DNA of 64,000 bases from Longimicrobiales bacterium (GCA_965238005.1 OZ250165.1:1952001-2016000); one strand, 5' to 3'; positions 21,868 to 32,391 are shown, counted from the stretch's first letter. Notes: generated by a model not told the origin, from the letters alone. Translations and numbers: made by a program.

Positions 21868-22845
21868 ATGATTACTGAAGTTCAGCAGCAGCTTGATATA
21901 CCCCAGTTGGTTCTGGAGGCCAGCAAGAGATGCAAGGACCACCTTTCGCCCACACCTCTCGAGTACTCCATGTATCTCAGCGAGCAGATCGATGGCGAAG
22001 TCTGGCTCAAGCTGGACTCGATGCAGCGAACCTCTTCATTCAAATTTCGTGGTGCGATCAATAAGATCCTCTCGCTCACGGAAGCAGAACTCGACCAGGG
22101 GGTGGTCTCGGCCTCGACAGGAAATTACGCCCTGGCGGTTGCCGAGGCCGTGAGAATCAGAGGACACCGCGCCACCATCTACGTGGCCGAGGACATGGAT
22201 CCATCACGCCTGGAACTGTTGAGGTCCCATGGGCTGGATCTGGTGATACATGGCGCCCTTGCGTGGGATGCGGAGAAGGAGGCCCGGCGCGTTGCGGAAG
22301 AAGACGACAAGATCTACGTGTCGCCCTACAACGATCCCATCGTAGTCGGCGGACAGGGGACGTGCGGGTACGAGATCTCCAGGCAACTTCCCGATCTGGA
22401 TGCGGGCTTCTTCGCTTGCGGAGCGGGGGGATTACTCACCGGATCGGCGGGCTGGCTGAAGTCCCACAACCCCGATGTAGAGGCCTTCGGAGTCTCACCG
22501 GAGAACTCTCCCGTGATGTACGAATCCATGCGAACCAACAAGATGGTCGAGATGGAGACTTACCCGACTCTGGCGGACACCTGCGCCGGCGGCGTGGATC
22601 TGGACAGCATCACTCTGGATCTTTGCCGACGATACGTGGATGAGATTCTGCTGCTCACCGAGACCGAGATCGAGGACTCCATCCGCACGCTGTTCGAGCA
22701 ACATCGTCTGGTGGTGGAGGGTTCAGGGGCGCTGGCCGTCGGGGGTCTCCTCAAGCGAAAAGAGCAATTCAAGGGCAAGAAGGTCGTCGCAGTCGTCTGC
22801 GGACGGAACATCGATCTGGAGGTCTTCAAACGAATCATTCGGTAG
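21868..22845 (+). CDS. PLP-dependent threonine/serine dehydratase family protein
   Basis: TSSFKFRGA, SASTGNY, SPYND..GGQGT, GAGGL, VEGSGA, CGRNID. Confidence 0.93.
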   Translation: MITEVQQQLDIPQLVLEASKRCKDHLSPTPLEYSMYLSEQIDGEVWLKLDSMQRTSSFKFRGAINKILSLTEAELDQGVVSASTGNYALAVAEAVRIRGHRATIYVAEDMDPSRLELLRSHGLDLVIHGALAWDAEKEARRVAEEDDKIYVSPYNDPIVVGGQGTCGYEISRQLPDLDAGFFACGAGGLLTGSAGWLKSHNPDVEAFGVSPENSPVMYESMRTNKMVEMETYPTLADTCAGGVDLDSITLDLCRRYVDEILLLTETEIEDSIRTLFEQHRLVVEGSGALAVGGLLKRKEQFKGKKVVAVVCGRNIDLEVFKRIIR

Positions 22846-23086
22846 GGAGGCTGTGGACGACGAGGCAGTGGTGCATGAATCCATTCCCAAAGCTTCCTCA
22901 GCCAACAAGTCCTTCCGATCTCGACTTGAAGTTCTTTGGCGGCGATTGGGCTAGCTGGACATGACGGTGAGATAGACAGACCGATATTCTCCTTATACTC
23001 TCCCGCTGCGAAGAGGGCTAAAGCGGTCCGAGCGGCTCGGGCGCGCCCCGTCCCTGCCATAATGGATAAAGGAGTATGATGGGAGG

Positions 23087-24454
23087 ATGACGAAAGACGA
23101 CTTAGCTCAAAAACGAACACAATGGGAATTTCTTATCCTCGGTTGCATGTTTATAGGCTACATGGGATTCATTCTCTCTAGGACAGCTCTCCCAGTTGCA
23201 AGCCCGGAAATGTTAAAAGATCCGACGCTCGGACTTGACGAAGCCAGCTACGGGGATATTGCAGCCTGGGGAATGGCGGGAATGATTACGGGAAAACTCC
23301 TTACCGGAGTGATCGCAGATTGGCTCGGTGGACGGAGAGTATTCTTAGTGGCTCTCTCTATCACAGCCCTGCTCACAGTTACCTTTAGCTGGGGCACCTC
23401 TGCTACCATCTTTGCCAGTATAAACTTCCTTTTGCTGTTCGCAATGGCAGCAAGCTGGCCCTCCATGGCAAGTATCATTTCGGTATGGTATCCCTCGACA
23501 AAATATGGAAGAGTGTGGGGAATGCTTTCAGTCAGTTCTCGTCTTGGTGCTTCCTTATCAATGATATTGTTGGGAACGCTGCTCACAGTGTTCTCCTGGC
23601 AAAATGTATTTCGTACTGCTGGAGTCGTGGGTCTTTCCGTAGTAGCATGTATCTCTTTCTATCTAAGAGCGAACCCAAAGGATGTTGGGCTTCCAGCTTT
23701 AGAGGATCAAGTCGCGCCAGAAGGTTCTGATAGACAAGATGAACCAAATACTGAACAGAAGGCACCTCACTTTCTAGACGACAAGAATCCAGCCGAAGCA
23801 CTATGGGCTTTCGCAGGAAGCGGACGTTTCTGGCTAATATGCTCGAGTCTTATGTGTACGACCATATTAATGGACTTTATCCTTTTTCTGCCGCTTTATC
23901 TTACTTCTTTTGAAGGAGTATCGTCTGCTCAGGCCGGTTCTTGGGCCTCCGCATTTCCAATCGGATGTTTGGTTGCCTTGGTTGGGGCAGGATTCATGTA
24001 TGACAGCGTCTCACGAAAGGGAAGAGTCGGTCTCTTGGGTGGACTATTGGGAGCTACCTGCGTTTGCGTTGCAGCACTGTGGAGTTTGAAGGGACTGCCG
24101 ATGATTCCGGATTCTTTCAAATTTCCGCTTGCGATTATAATCCTGTTCTTTTACGGATTCACACTTGCTCCAGCATACTATCTGCCAGCGAGTGTCTTTT
24201 CTAATGAATTTGGTGGAAAACACTGCGCTCTCTTAGTAGGGCTGGTAGATGTTGCTGCCTACTCCGCTTCAATGCTATATCTCATTGCAGGGGGTAGAAT
24301 GGTTATGAATTGGGGTTGGCAGAGTATGATTCAGTTATTCTTGGTGATAGCTGTATTGGCAACCCTGATTACAATCTGGTTCGCCTTCGAAGATTACAGA
24401 CGTTTCGTACCAACCGTCGGGGAAGGTCAGCGTCTAAGTTTCGTTAGCACCTGA
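23087..24454 (+). CDS. MFS transporter (GlpT/UhpC-like)
   Basis: ~12 hydrophobic helices, GKLLTGVIADWLGGRR, WYPSTKYGRVWG. Confidence 0.9.
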   Translation: MTKDDLAQKRTQWEFLILGCMFIGYMGFILSRTALPVASPEMLKDPTLGLDEASYGDIAAWGMAGMITGKLLTGVIADWLGGRRVFLVALSITALLTVTFSWGTSATIFASINFLLLFAMAASWPSMASIISVWYPSTKYGRVWGMLSVSSRLGASLSMILLGTLLTVFSWQNVFRTAGVVGLSVVACISFYLRANPKDVGLPALEDQVAPEGSDRQDEPNTEQKAPHFLDDKNPAEALWAFAGSGRFWLICSSLMCTTILMDFILFLPLYLTSFEGVSSAQAGSWASAFPIGCLVALVGAGFMYDSVSRKGRVGLLGGLLGATCVCVAALWSLKGLPMIPDSFKFPLAIIILFFYGFTLAPAYYLPASVFSNEFGGKHCALLVGLVDVAAYSASMLYLIAGGRMVMNWGWQSMIQLFLVIAVLATLITIWFAFEDYRRFVPTVGEGQRLSFVST

Positions 24455-24525
24455 ACGCGTCCAGGGGAGCCGATGCTTGGCTTCCCACCCCTCATTCGGA
24501 CTTCCCGGTGGGAACCGACGCAAAC

Positions 24526-25284
24526 TCAATGGCCAGCAGTCGAGCCACCATCAATCGGTAACGCGGCACCAGTAACGAAACGTGCCGCGAATGAAGCCAG
24601 ATAGAGGACCGCCTGGCTGATCTCGGCTGGCGTTGCAATGCGCTTCAGCGGTGCATAGTCGATCATCCTCTGCTCTGCGGCGGCTGGGTCGTCTTTCTTG
24701 TCGATATGGTCGCGGCGGATCATGTCGGTATCGACATAACCCGGGCATACGCAATTGACCCGTACGTCCGGCGCTACTTCCAACGCCATGGCCCGGGTCA
24801 TGTTTACGACCCCACCCTTTGAAGCGCAGTATACGGTGATCCCTGGCACCCCTATCAGCCCGGCATCCGAGGCGATGTTGACGATGTTGCCATCGGATTT
24901 GCGCAACGCAGGTAACGCCGCACGACAACAGAAGAATGTGCCTTTCAGATTGACGTCGACGTGAGCGTCCCACATCGCCTCGTCAGAATCTTCAATGGGT
25001 CTACCAGCACCGACACCGGCGCTGTTCACCAGGATGTCGAGGCCGCCGAAGGCGTCGATCGCAGTCTCTACCACTGACTCGCAGCCGGGAACCGTTCCAA
25101 TATCGCCGGGCGCCGCGACCACGTGCTCACCACCGCCCAGTCTATCGATGGCGGCGCTCACGGATTGCTCTGTTCTGCCGTTGAGGGCGACACGAGCGCC
25201 AGCGTCGACAAAGGCTTCTGCAATGGCAAAACCGATACCCCGACTGCTGCCCGTCACCAGGACCCGCTTGTCCGTGAAGTCCAT
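24526..25284 (-). CDS. Short-chain dehydrogenase/reductase
   Basis: TGSSRGIG, LVNSAG, YCASKGG, VRVNCVCPG. Confidence 0.95.
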   Translation of the reverse strand: MDFTDKRVLVTGSSRGIGFAIAEAFVDAGARVALNGRTEQSVSAAIDRLGGGEHVVAAPGDIGTVPGCESVVETAIDAFGGLDILVNSAGVGAGRPIEDSDEAMWDAHVDVNLKGTFFCCRAALPALRKSDGNIVNIASDAGLIGVPGITVYCASKGGVVNMTRAMALEVAPDVRVNCVCPGYVDTDMIRRDHIDKKDDPAAAEQRMIDYAPLKRIATPAEISQAVLYLASFAARFVTGAALPIDGGSTAGH

Positions 25285-25449
25285 GTCGTTCCCTCCGCTT
25301 CTATTGAATGACTCACTTGAACACTTCGCCAGCGCAGATCAGCGAACAGGCGACGGCGCGACCCTGGGCGGCCCCGTCAGCACCCTTCCCACCGCGCGTG
25401 GACCGGAGCGGGCCGCGGACTGGGGGCACCAGCTCAAGATGTACAGGTC

Positions 25450-26414
25450 GTGAGCTTCGCTGCGCCCACGCCGAACTCTACCGCTGTGCGGTCTGGGCTC
25501 ATCCGGGCGATGATGGCCATGATCAATGTGAGACCGACGAAGACTCCTTGCATCTCGACCAGATACCAGCGCCACTGGCTCAGCCCGTAGACAAGGAGGA
25601 CCATAGCGATGCCAACGGCGGCTAGGACCAGCTTGTGCGTGGTCGTCATCGGAGGATGGTCTACCCCGGCCTCTCCATCTCCGCCACTGGAGATCGACAC
25701 GCCTTCGGGCGCGCTCACGTCGGCCACCAGGCTCGCCGCCGGATCCCGCCCCACCTTCTTCGCATATGACCAGACGTGGTGAATGCCAATCGGCAGGAAG
25801 ACGACCATGAGCGCCACGCGGTACCAGAGCCCCGATGCGGGTTGGAGTCCTGCGATGTCCTGGGCGATAAGAACGGTGAAGGGGTTGATGAGGGCAGCGC
25901 CGTAACCAACGCCGTACCCAACCATGATGATCCCCACAGCCGTGATCCTGTCGTATCCAAGGGCGAGAGCCAGGGTGATGAGGACGGGTACGAAGGGAAA
26001 ATACTCTTCGCCGAATCCGATGGTGCTCGACCCAACAGCGAACAGGAGAGTTCCGCCGGCCACCAACCAGAAGGGTCGGTCCCCCCAGCGCCTGAGGAGG
26101 GCTCCCATACCGGCATCCACGGCCCCCGTGGCCCGAAGAACGGCGAATGCACCCCCTATGATGAAGACGAAGAAGATGATCTCGTGTGCTCCGCTGAAAC
26201 CCTTGGGAATGGCTGTCAGGCTGGCCGCAGGCGACAACGCCGGAGCATCCGGGGTGAAGTGGAAGCTGCCGGGCACCACCTGGAGTCGTCCGGCGGCATT
26301 CTCCACCCGCTCGAACGACCCGGCGGGAAGCAGGTATGAGAAGACCTGGGCCAGGATCACCATCCCGAAGAGGAGAACCAGAGTGTGTGGGACCTTGAAT
26401 CTGCCTTTCGTCAC
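25450..26414 (-). pseudogene. YfcC/C4-dicarboxylate anaerobic carrier family transporter, C-terminally truncated
   Basis: KVPHTLVLLF, PAGSFER, FFVFIIGGAF, INPFTV; homology ends at ~320 aa. Confidence 0.8.
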
Positions 26415-26498
26415 AATGGAATCTTTCTTCCCACACTTGCGGCCATCCTTTGACGGAACGGGCACGCAACCGTTCGCAGGGCGCTATGAACCGGAATG

Positions 26499-28511
26499 TC
26501 AGCCCTTCACGTATTTGTCGAACCAGGCGAGAAAGCGCTCGAGCAGGTCCTGGTGATAGATGGGCCGACGGATGCCGTGGTGTGCGTCGGGGTAGACCAC
26601 GAGCAGGGTCTCGCGGCCCAACCGCTTCATCGCCTGGTACATCTGCTCGGAGTTGATGATCGGGACGTTCCAGTCCTTCTCCCCTCCTATCCAGAGCGTT
26701 GGCGTGGTGATGTTCTGGACCTTGTTGAAAGGCGAAACACTCTCCCAGACCTCGCGGCTCTCCCAGGGCAGGCCGAGCTCCGCCTCGTACCAGTCCTGGT
26801 AGACGTCGTGGCCGTAGTTGGTGATCCACAGCCCGTTGCCGGCCCCGGAGACGGCGCCCGCGAAGCGATCCGTGGAGGTGATCACGTAGTTCGTGAGGAT
26901 GCCTCCGTACGACCAGCCGCCAATGCCGAGCCGTTCGGGGTCGGCGTAGCCCAGCTCCACGACGTGGTCGGTGGCGACGAGCACGTCCTCGGCGTCGTGG
27001 GTGCCCCAGGCGCCCCAGTTCGAGAGTGTGAAGTCGAGCCCCCTGCCTCCGGATCCTCGAACGTTCGGCATCACGACCACATAGCCGTTGGCCGCGAAGA
27101 GCTGCACCCGGAAGTTGAAACCATAGTCGTACTGCGCCTCCTGGCCGCCGTGAAGCCAGAGCAGGGTCGGGTAACGGAGATTCGGGTCGAAGGACGGCGG
27201 CTTGTAGACGAAGGCCTGGATCTGAGTTCCGTCAAGGGTGGGGAAGCGCTCCTCCTCCGCGTCCGCCAGCGCGATCGTCTTCAGCAGCTCCTGGTTGACG
27301 TGCGTGAGGCGGCGTAGCCCCGAGGAGGCGGAGGGCTCGGCATCGAGGACGAACAGCTCGGCCGGCAACCGGGGCTCGCTGACGAGGGCGACGACGGCGC
27401 CGTCGGGTGCCACCGTGGCCGCCTCCACCCGGCGTCGTCCGGCGATCGGCCGGCTCAGGCTGCCGCCGTCGACCGACACGGCGGCCAGATGGACCTGGCC
27501 CCAATCCTCGAGCAGGACGTAGACGCTGCCCCCGTCGGGCGCGAAATGCGGTTGGTAGACCTTCCGGTCGAGGGACTCCGTGAGAAGCACGGGCCCGTCC
27601 TCACCGACACGGATGAGCGCTAGTTTCGTCTGCAGGTAGCCCTGGGGGATCTCGGGCCGGGTCGTCGTGATGTAGGCGAGCCGCTCGCCGTCGGGGTGCC
27701 AGACTGGCCCGTCGTCAGACCCGGGGTTAGAGGTGACCCGGACCGGCTTCTGCCTGTCGTGGGGGATGTCGGGCTTCACCAGCCAGATGTCGCTGTTGTA
27801 GTTGGCGTCTGGCTCGTCGGTGCGGTTGCTGGTGAAGGCGATCAGGCTCCCATCCGGAGACCAGGCCGGACCGGAGTCCTCATAGTCCCCGGAGGTGATC
27901 TGCACGGTGGCCTTCGTCTCGACGTCAAAGACATAAAGATGGGCACGCAGACGATTCAGATAACCCACATAGTCTGCCTTGAACTGCAAGCGGTCGACCA
28001 CCCAGGGCCCTGGGCCCTCCTCCTGGCTCTGATCGCGGATCAGGAGCACGAGTCGTTTCCCGTCGGGCGACCACTCGTAGCCCTCGACTCCCTGCTTGAC
28101 ACTGGTGAGCTGAACGCGCTCCCCGCCGCGTAGGTCCAGGGTGAAGACCTGCGAGCCCTGGTCCCCGCTGCTCGCCATGAAGGTCAGGTACTCGCCGTCC
28201 GGGCTCCACCTGGGCCGCCCGGCGGAGCTGCCCTTGGCCGTCATGGGGAGGGCCTCGCCACCGGCGGTCGGGACCATCCATAGCCGCGTTTCGGAGCGGT
28301 CATTCTCGAGGTCTTTGGAAGCGACCGTGTAAGCGACCCAGGCGCCGTCTGGGCTGATGCGCGGGCCGCCCACGCTCTTCAGGGCGAAGTAGTCATCGAC
28401 CTGGAGATGACGGAGAGCGCCGGCATCCTGGGCCAAGGCCTGGGACCCCGCGTTCGCGTCTAGCAGCAGGAACGCGAGCAAAGTGAGCTTGATCAACGAA
28501 CGCGCTCTCAT
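26499..28511 (-). CDS. S9 family peptidase (acylaminoacyl/dipeptidyl peptidase-like)
   Basis: WSPDG repeats, LHGG, GWSYGG nucleophile motif, GEKD, YPDAHHG. Confidence 0.95.
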   Translation of the reverse strand: MRARSLIKLTLLAFLLLDANAGSQALAQDAGALRHLQVDDYFALKSVGGPRISPDGAWVAYTVASKDLENDRSETRLWMVPTAGGEALPMTAKGSSAGRPRWSPDGEYLTFMASSGDQGSQVFTLDLRGGERVQLTSVKQGVEGYEWSPDGKRLVLLIRDQSQEEGPGPWVVDRLQFKADYVGYLNRLRAHLYVFDVETKATVQITSGDYEDSGPAWSPDGSLIAFTSNRTDEPDANYNSDIWLVKPDIPHDRQKPVRVTSNPGSDDGPVWHPDGERLAYITTTRPEIPQGYLQTKLALIRVGEDGPVLLTESLDRKVYQPHFAPDGGSVYVLLEDWGQVHLAAVSVDGGSLSRPIAGRRRVEAATVAPDGAVVALVSEPRLPAELFVLDAEPSASSGLRRLTHVNQELLKTIALADAEEERFPTLDGTQIQAFVYKPPSFDPNLRYPTLLWLHGGQEAQYDYGFNFRVQLFAANGYVVVMPNVRGSGGRGLDFTLSNWGAWGTHDAEDVLVATDHVVELGYADPERLGIGGWSYGGILTNYVITSTDRFAGAVSGAGNGLWITNYGHDVYQDWYEAELGLPWESREVWESVSPFNKVQNITTPTLWIGGEKDWNVPIINSEQMYQAMKRLGRETLLVVYPDAHHGIRRPIYHQDLLERFLAWFDKYVKG

Positions 28512-28560
28512 GGCAACTGGCCTCTCTAGTTAGTGTGACGAGTCACGCCAGCACCTGCGG

Positions 28561-28580
28561 GGCCCTTGAATTGCCTATCC
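28561..28580 (+). mobile_element. oriIS-like IS91 end stub
   Basis: GGCCCTTGAATTGCCTATCC resembles 2045-2065. Confidence 0.4.
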
Positions 28581-28585
28581 CTCCC

Positions 28586-29226
28586 TCAGGGGGACAGCAG
28601 AGGTTGAACCTCTTGCTCAATGACCTGGTTCAACCGGTTCCGTTGGACCTCGAAGCGTTCCGAGAGGTTCTCGAATACCGCGTACATCGATTCCGTGGGT
28701 CTGGCATCGGCCGCGCCGACAGCCCTTGAGAGCGAGCTCAGCTTTTCGGTCAACCCCGGGGGGCTCCACATCATGGGGTGAGCCTGGGACCCCATCCATA
28801 TCGTGAGAATGCCCTCGATCTCCCTCAACTGCTTTAGGATCCCGTCGGCCTCGACCCTAGAATTCTCTGGTAGCTCAGCCTGACGCCCGTCAACCTGGGC
28901 TCGGACTTCTCTGATCCTGATCACGGCGTCGGCCACTTCCGAAAACCGATCCCGGAGGTCAACCATGAGCTCGAACTGGGCCCTGAGATCGGCGTCGCTG
29001 GCCTTTACTCTCGGGTCTTTCCGAATCTCGAAAGGCTGCTCGTAAGCCTGTCCGCCCACAGAGAGTCGGACGATGTATCGTCCGGGAGGCGCAGTCGGCG
29101 ATGCGGGCGGTGAGTAATCGATGCTCAGGAAACCGTCCAATGCTCCAGGGGACGGGGGCATCTGGGTACCCGGATATCGCATGTCCCAGAAGAATCGGCT
29201 CATTCCTGCCCTGGTGGAGGGGCTAC
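28586..29226 (-). pseudogene. C-terminal part of the VPS10-type glycosyl hydrolase that begins at 2130
   Basis: GMSRFFWDMRYP..PPGRYIVRL..KDPR..DLRAQF; joins 4640 in frame. Confidence 0.88.
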
Positions 29227-29244
29227 TTTAGCGCCCCCGGTTTC
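29227..29244 (+). repeat. 18-bp IS3 IRL tip at the right inversion breakpoint
   Basis: TTTAGCGCCCCCGGTTTC identical to 13669-13686. Confidence 0.9.
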
Positions 29245-29484
29245 CAGGTGCTGCTGGCACTCTTCTACGGCGTCGAGGTGGCCTATACGGTCGCGTGGGG
29301 TCGTCTTGAGGCCCAGGGGCCGTACGCCGAGTTTATCGCCCGGTGGACCCATGAGGACTTCCAAGCCTACGTGCGTGTCTTGTCGAGGCTCGTGGACGAG
29401 CATCCCCATCCCCGTCAGCAAGCGATGTTCAACGAGGTGATGCGCCATGAGCGGGATTTTTGGCGCATGACTTGGGAAGGCTGA
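29242..29484 (+). pseudogene. tenA: TenA family protein, C-terminal half of the gene at 4648-4957
   Basis: FQVLLALFYGVEVAY..YAEFIARWTHEDF..HERDFWRM. Confidence 0.85.
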
Positions 29485-29491
29485 ACCGATC

Positions 29492-30132
29492 ATGGCGGCC
29501 GAACCGCTCCACAAGACGTTATGGCAGGGAAACCAGGCACTAGCCGAAGAATGTTTGGCCCATCCGTTCGTCCGCGGCTTGGGAGACGGTAGCTTGGATC
29601 CCGAGGTCTTCAAGCACTATCTGGCTCAGGACGCTTTCTTTCTGCAGGCCCTTTTCAGCGCCTACGCCCTGGGCGCCGTTCGAGCAGTGGAGAGACGGGA
29701 GGTCGTACAGAGGCTCCACGGGCTCATGCGCGGCGTACTGGATGAGCTGAAGCTCTCCACGAAGGCTACGCTAAGAGTCTTGCAATCGATTTGGGGAACG
29801 TCCGACCCCATCCGGCCACCCGCGCTTATACCGATTTCTTGCTTCGGACCGCGTGGACGGCCGAGGTCGGTGAGATTATGGCGGCGATGACCCCCTGCAT
29901 GCGCCTCTATGCATACTTAGGACAGGAGTTGGCCCGAGAGGATCACTCCCAGAACCCCTATCGGGAGTGGATCGAGACCTACTCGAGCGAGGAGTTCGAG
30001 GCGCTGGCAGCCGAGCTCGAGTCGCTGCTCGACCAGCTAGCCGAGGGCACGCACACGGTCTCTCTGGCCTACCGTTACGCGATGCGCTGTGAGCTCGGCT
30101 TCTTCTCCGCCTCGCTTGACGAGGGGAGGTGA
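29492..30132 (+). pseudogene. tenA: Second TenA (thiaminase II-like), frameshift near 29755
   Basis: HPFVRGLGDGSL..YLAQDAFFL; then TRAYTDFL, MTPCMRLY, YREWIETYS in another frame. Confidence 0.85.
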
Positions 30133-30198
30133 ACGCTAACTCCATCGCATCGGTGAAATGTCTACGATGGCGCGGCAGCACTGCCCAAAGCTGCACCG

Positions 30199-31215
30199 TC
30201 AACCACCCCGCGTGTGCATCTCCCGGTGCGGATCTTTACGTAGAGCCTTGATCTGATAGAGAGGGCCTCGCACGCCCAGCGCCTTCCGATCTTCGGCCCC
30301 ACGATCGGCACGATTTGTCCACCCGCGCACGATCAGCGACCTGATCTCGTCTTGGGAGGCCCCCTCTCGCAGAGGCCGCCGAAGGTCGATCCCGTGGGCT
30401 CCGTACAGGCACAGGAACCACATCCCATCGGCAGTGAGCCGGCTCCGGTCGCAGGCACGGCAGAATGGTTCGGTTGTCGAGGCGATGATGCCGAAGGTCG
30501 TCCCGTCGGGCAGCGCATAGCGGTTCGCCGGAGCCGAGCCATTGTCGCGAAGCGGCTCGATCGGTCCATGGTGCCTCGCCAGCCGGCTCAGTATCTCCCT
30601 ACTCGAAACGACCAAGTCCATCGTCCACCGCATCGCGCCGCCCACGTCCATGTATTCGATGAACCGGACTTCTGCGCCCCTATCTCTAGCGAAGTCGATC
30701 AAGTCGGTGAGCTCGTCGTCGTTGTACCCGCGCATGACCACGGTATTGATCTTGAGGGGTTTCAACCCGCCCTCCGCGGCGGCATCGATCCCTTCGAGCA
30801 CGTCGGGGAGACGGTTGCGGCGTGTGAGCTGCTCGAACCGCTGCGGCCGTAGCGTATCCAGGCTCACGCTGACCCGGTCCAGTCCCGCGCTCCGGAGCGA
30901 CTCCGCCTGCTTCGCCAGCAACACACCATTGGTGGTCATGCTCAGGTCACGAACGTCCGGGTTTGCCGCTAGCCGCTCCACCACATCCACAACTTCGCGG
31001 CGGAGCAGCGGCTCGCCGCCTGTGAGCCGCACCTTGTCCACTCCAAGCTCGCTGAAGACATCGACGAGATCGCCGATCTCTTCGACGGTGAGGATGTCGT
31101 CGCGGGGCAACCAGACATACTCCTCCTCGGGCATACAGTACTGGCAACGCAGGTTGCATTTGTCGATCAGTGAGACCCGGAGGCTCTTAAGAGGCCGGCC
31201 GAACGTGTCCAGCAC
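30199..31215 (-). CDS. moaA: GTP 3',8-cyclase MoaA
   Basis: CNLRCQYC, RLTGGEPL, FIEYM, FCRACDRSRLTADG, C-terminal GG. Confidence 0.95.
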   Translation of the reverse strand: MLDTFGRPLKSLRVSLIDKCNLRCQYCMPEEEYVWLPRDDILTVEEIGDLVDVFSELGVDKVRLTGGEPLLRREVVDVVERLAANPDVRDLSMTTNGVLLAKQAESLRSAGLDRVSVSLDTLRPQRFEQLTRRNRLPDVLEGIDAAAEGGLKPLKINTVVMRGYNDDELTDLIDFARDRGAEVRFIEYMDVGGAMRWTMDLVVSSREILSRLARHHGPIEPLRDNGSAPANRYALPDGTTFGIIASTTEPFCRACDRSRLTADGMWFLCLYGAHGIDLRRPLREGASQDEIRSLIVRGWTNRADRGAEDRKALGVRGPLYQIKALRKDPHREMHTRGG

Positions 31216-31262
31216 TGTGCGCCTTCTCCTCGGTCTCAGCTGCCTGGCGGCGAAACTTGAAA

Positions 31263-31553
31263 TCAAACGCCGCCGTGCTTCGTGGACGGTGAATCTTCGA
31301 GATTGGGACCCGGGTTCAGCGCATGGAGTGCTTGCAGCACCCGGTCTAGAATATCCGACGGTTGCTCGCTTCCCATGTTCTCTTCGTCCGCGACTTGAAG
31401 TTGTAGCGCGTCGAATTTCCACCGACGCAAGACTTCGATCTTCTGTTCCCGAGTCAACTCGTCCCGTTTAAGCACATCCTCGGGACCAAGGAATACAAGC
31501 GCCGGGTTCAGCAGTGCTTTCCTGAGATCGATCCGCTGTTCGCTGTTTGCCAC
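31263..31553 (-). CDS. Hypothetical protein
   Basis: 96-aa ORF with GAGG Shine-Dalgarno and protein-like composition (PEDVL..LTREQKIEVLRRW..EENM). Confidence 0.65.
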   Translation of the reverse strand: MANSEQRIDLRKALLNPALVFLGPEDVLKRDELTREQKIEVLRRWKFDALQLQVADEENMGSEQPSDILDRVLQALHALNPGPNLEDSPSTKHGGV

Positions 31554-31878
31554 CTCGCAACGCTCCGATCTTATGGAAATTCGATTTTCTTACGTTATCT
31601 ATTTCTCATACCCAGCACGAATTGGGAAAGTTATGGCACTCCTGGGGCGTTGTGGGTATTCTTCGGCGCTCCCCGCCCCGAACGCCTTCACCAGTCGTCC
31701 ATGAACTTCGACCGTACAGAACAAGACCCGGGCGCCAGGCTCCTGTTCGTCCTGGCGTGCCCGGTCGTCGTAGTGTACGGGCTCGCGATCATCATCCCGG
31801 TCATCATGAACGTCGCCGCGGTCGGCCTGCTCATTCTGTTCGCGAGCCAGTCGGCGTCCGAGCCGGGAGGGGGCTGAC

Positions 31879-32391
31879 GTGTCACGAGTACCGTTCGAAG
31901 TGCTGCCGGGCCATGGCCGCCTCTGGGTCTTTCCGGCGAGCCGGACCCTGACGGACGTCGAGGCCCGAGCGTGCCTGGAGGCGGTCGACGAGTTTCTGGC
32001 GTCTTGGGCGGCACATGGCGTGCCCCTGAAATCGGGTCGGGAGCTGCGCGAAGGCCGCTTCTTGCTCGTGGGTGTGGACGTCGATGCGGAGGCGCCCTCA
32101 GGTTGTTCGATCGACGCGCTCGTGAATCGCCTGGAGGATTTCGGCGGAGAGATCGGCGTCACGCTGGTCGACCATGCGCCCGTCCGGTTCCGCGACGGGA
32201 CCGAGATCCTGACTCTGTCGCGCGCCGAGTTCCGAGCTCTCGCGGCGGATGGAGGAATCGGACCCGACGCGCCCGTGTTCGACACGAGCCTGACGCGTGT
32301 GGAGCAAGCTCGGGCGGGCGCGCTCGAGCGGCCGGCAACCGAGACCTGGCACGGTCAGGCTTTCTTCAAGGACCTGAGCGCAGGCCCCTAG
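31879..32391 (+). CDS. Conserved hypothetical protein
   Basis: RLWVF, WAAHG, SGCSID motifs; good Shine-Dalgarno. Confidence 0.75.
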   Translation: MSRVPFEVLPGHGRLWVFPASRTLTDVEARACLEAVDEFLASWAAHGVPLKSGRELREGRFLLVGVDVDAEAPSGCSIDALVNRLEDFGGEIGVTLVDHAPVRFRDGTEILTLSRAEFRALAADGGIGPDAPVFDTSLTRVEQARAGALERPATETWHGQAFFKDLSAGP

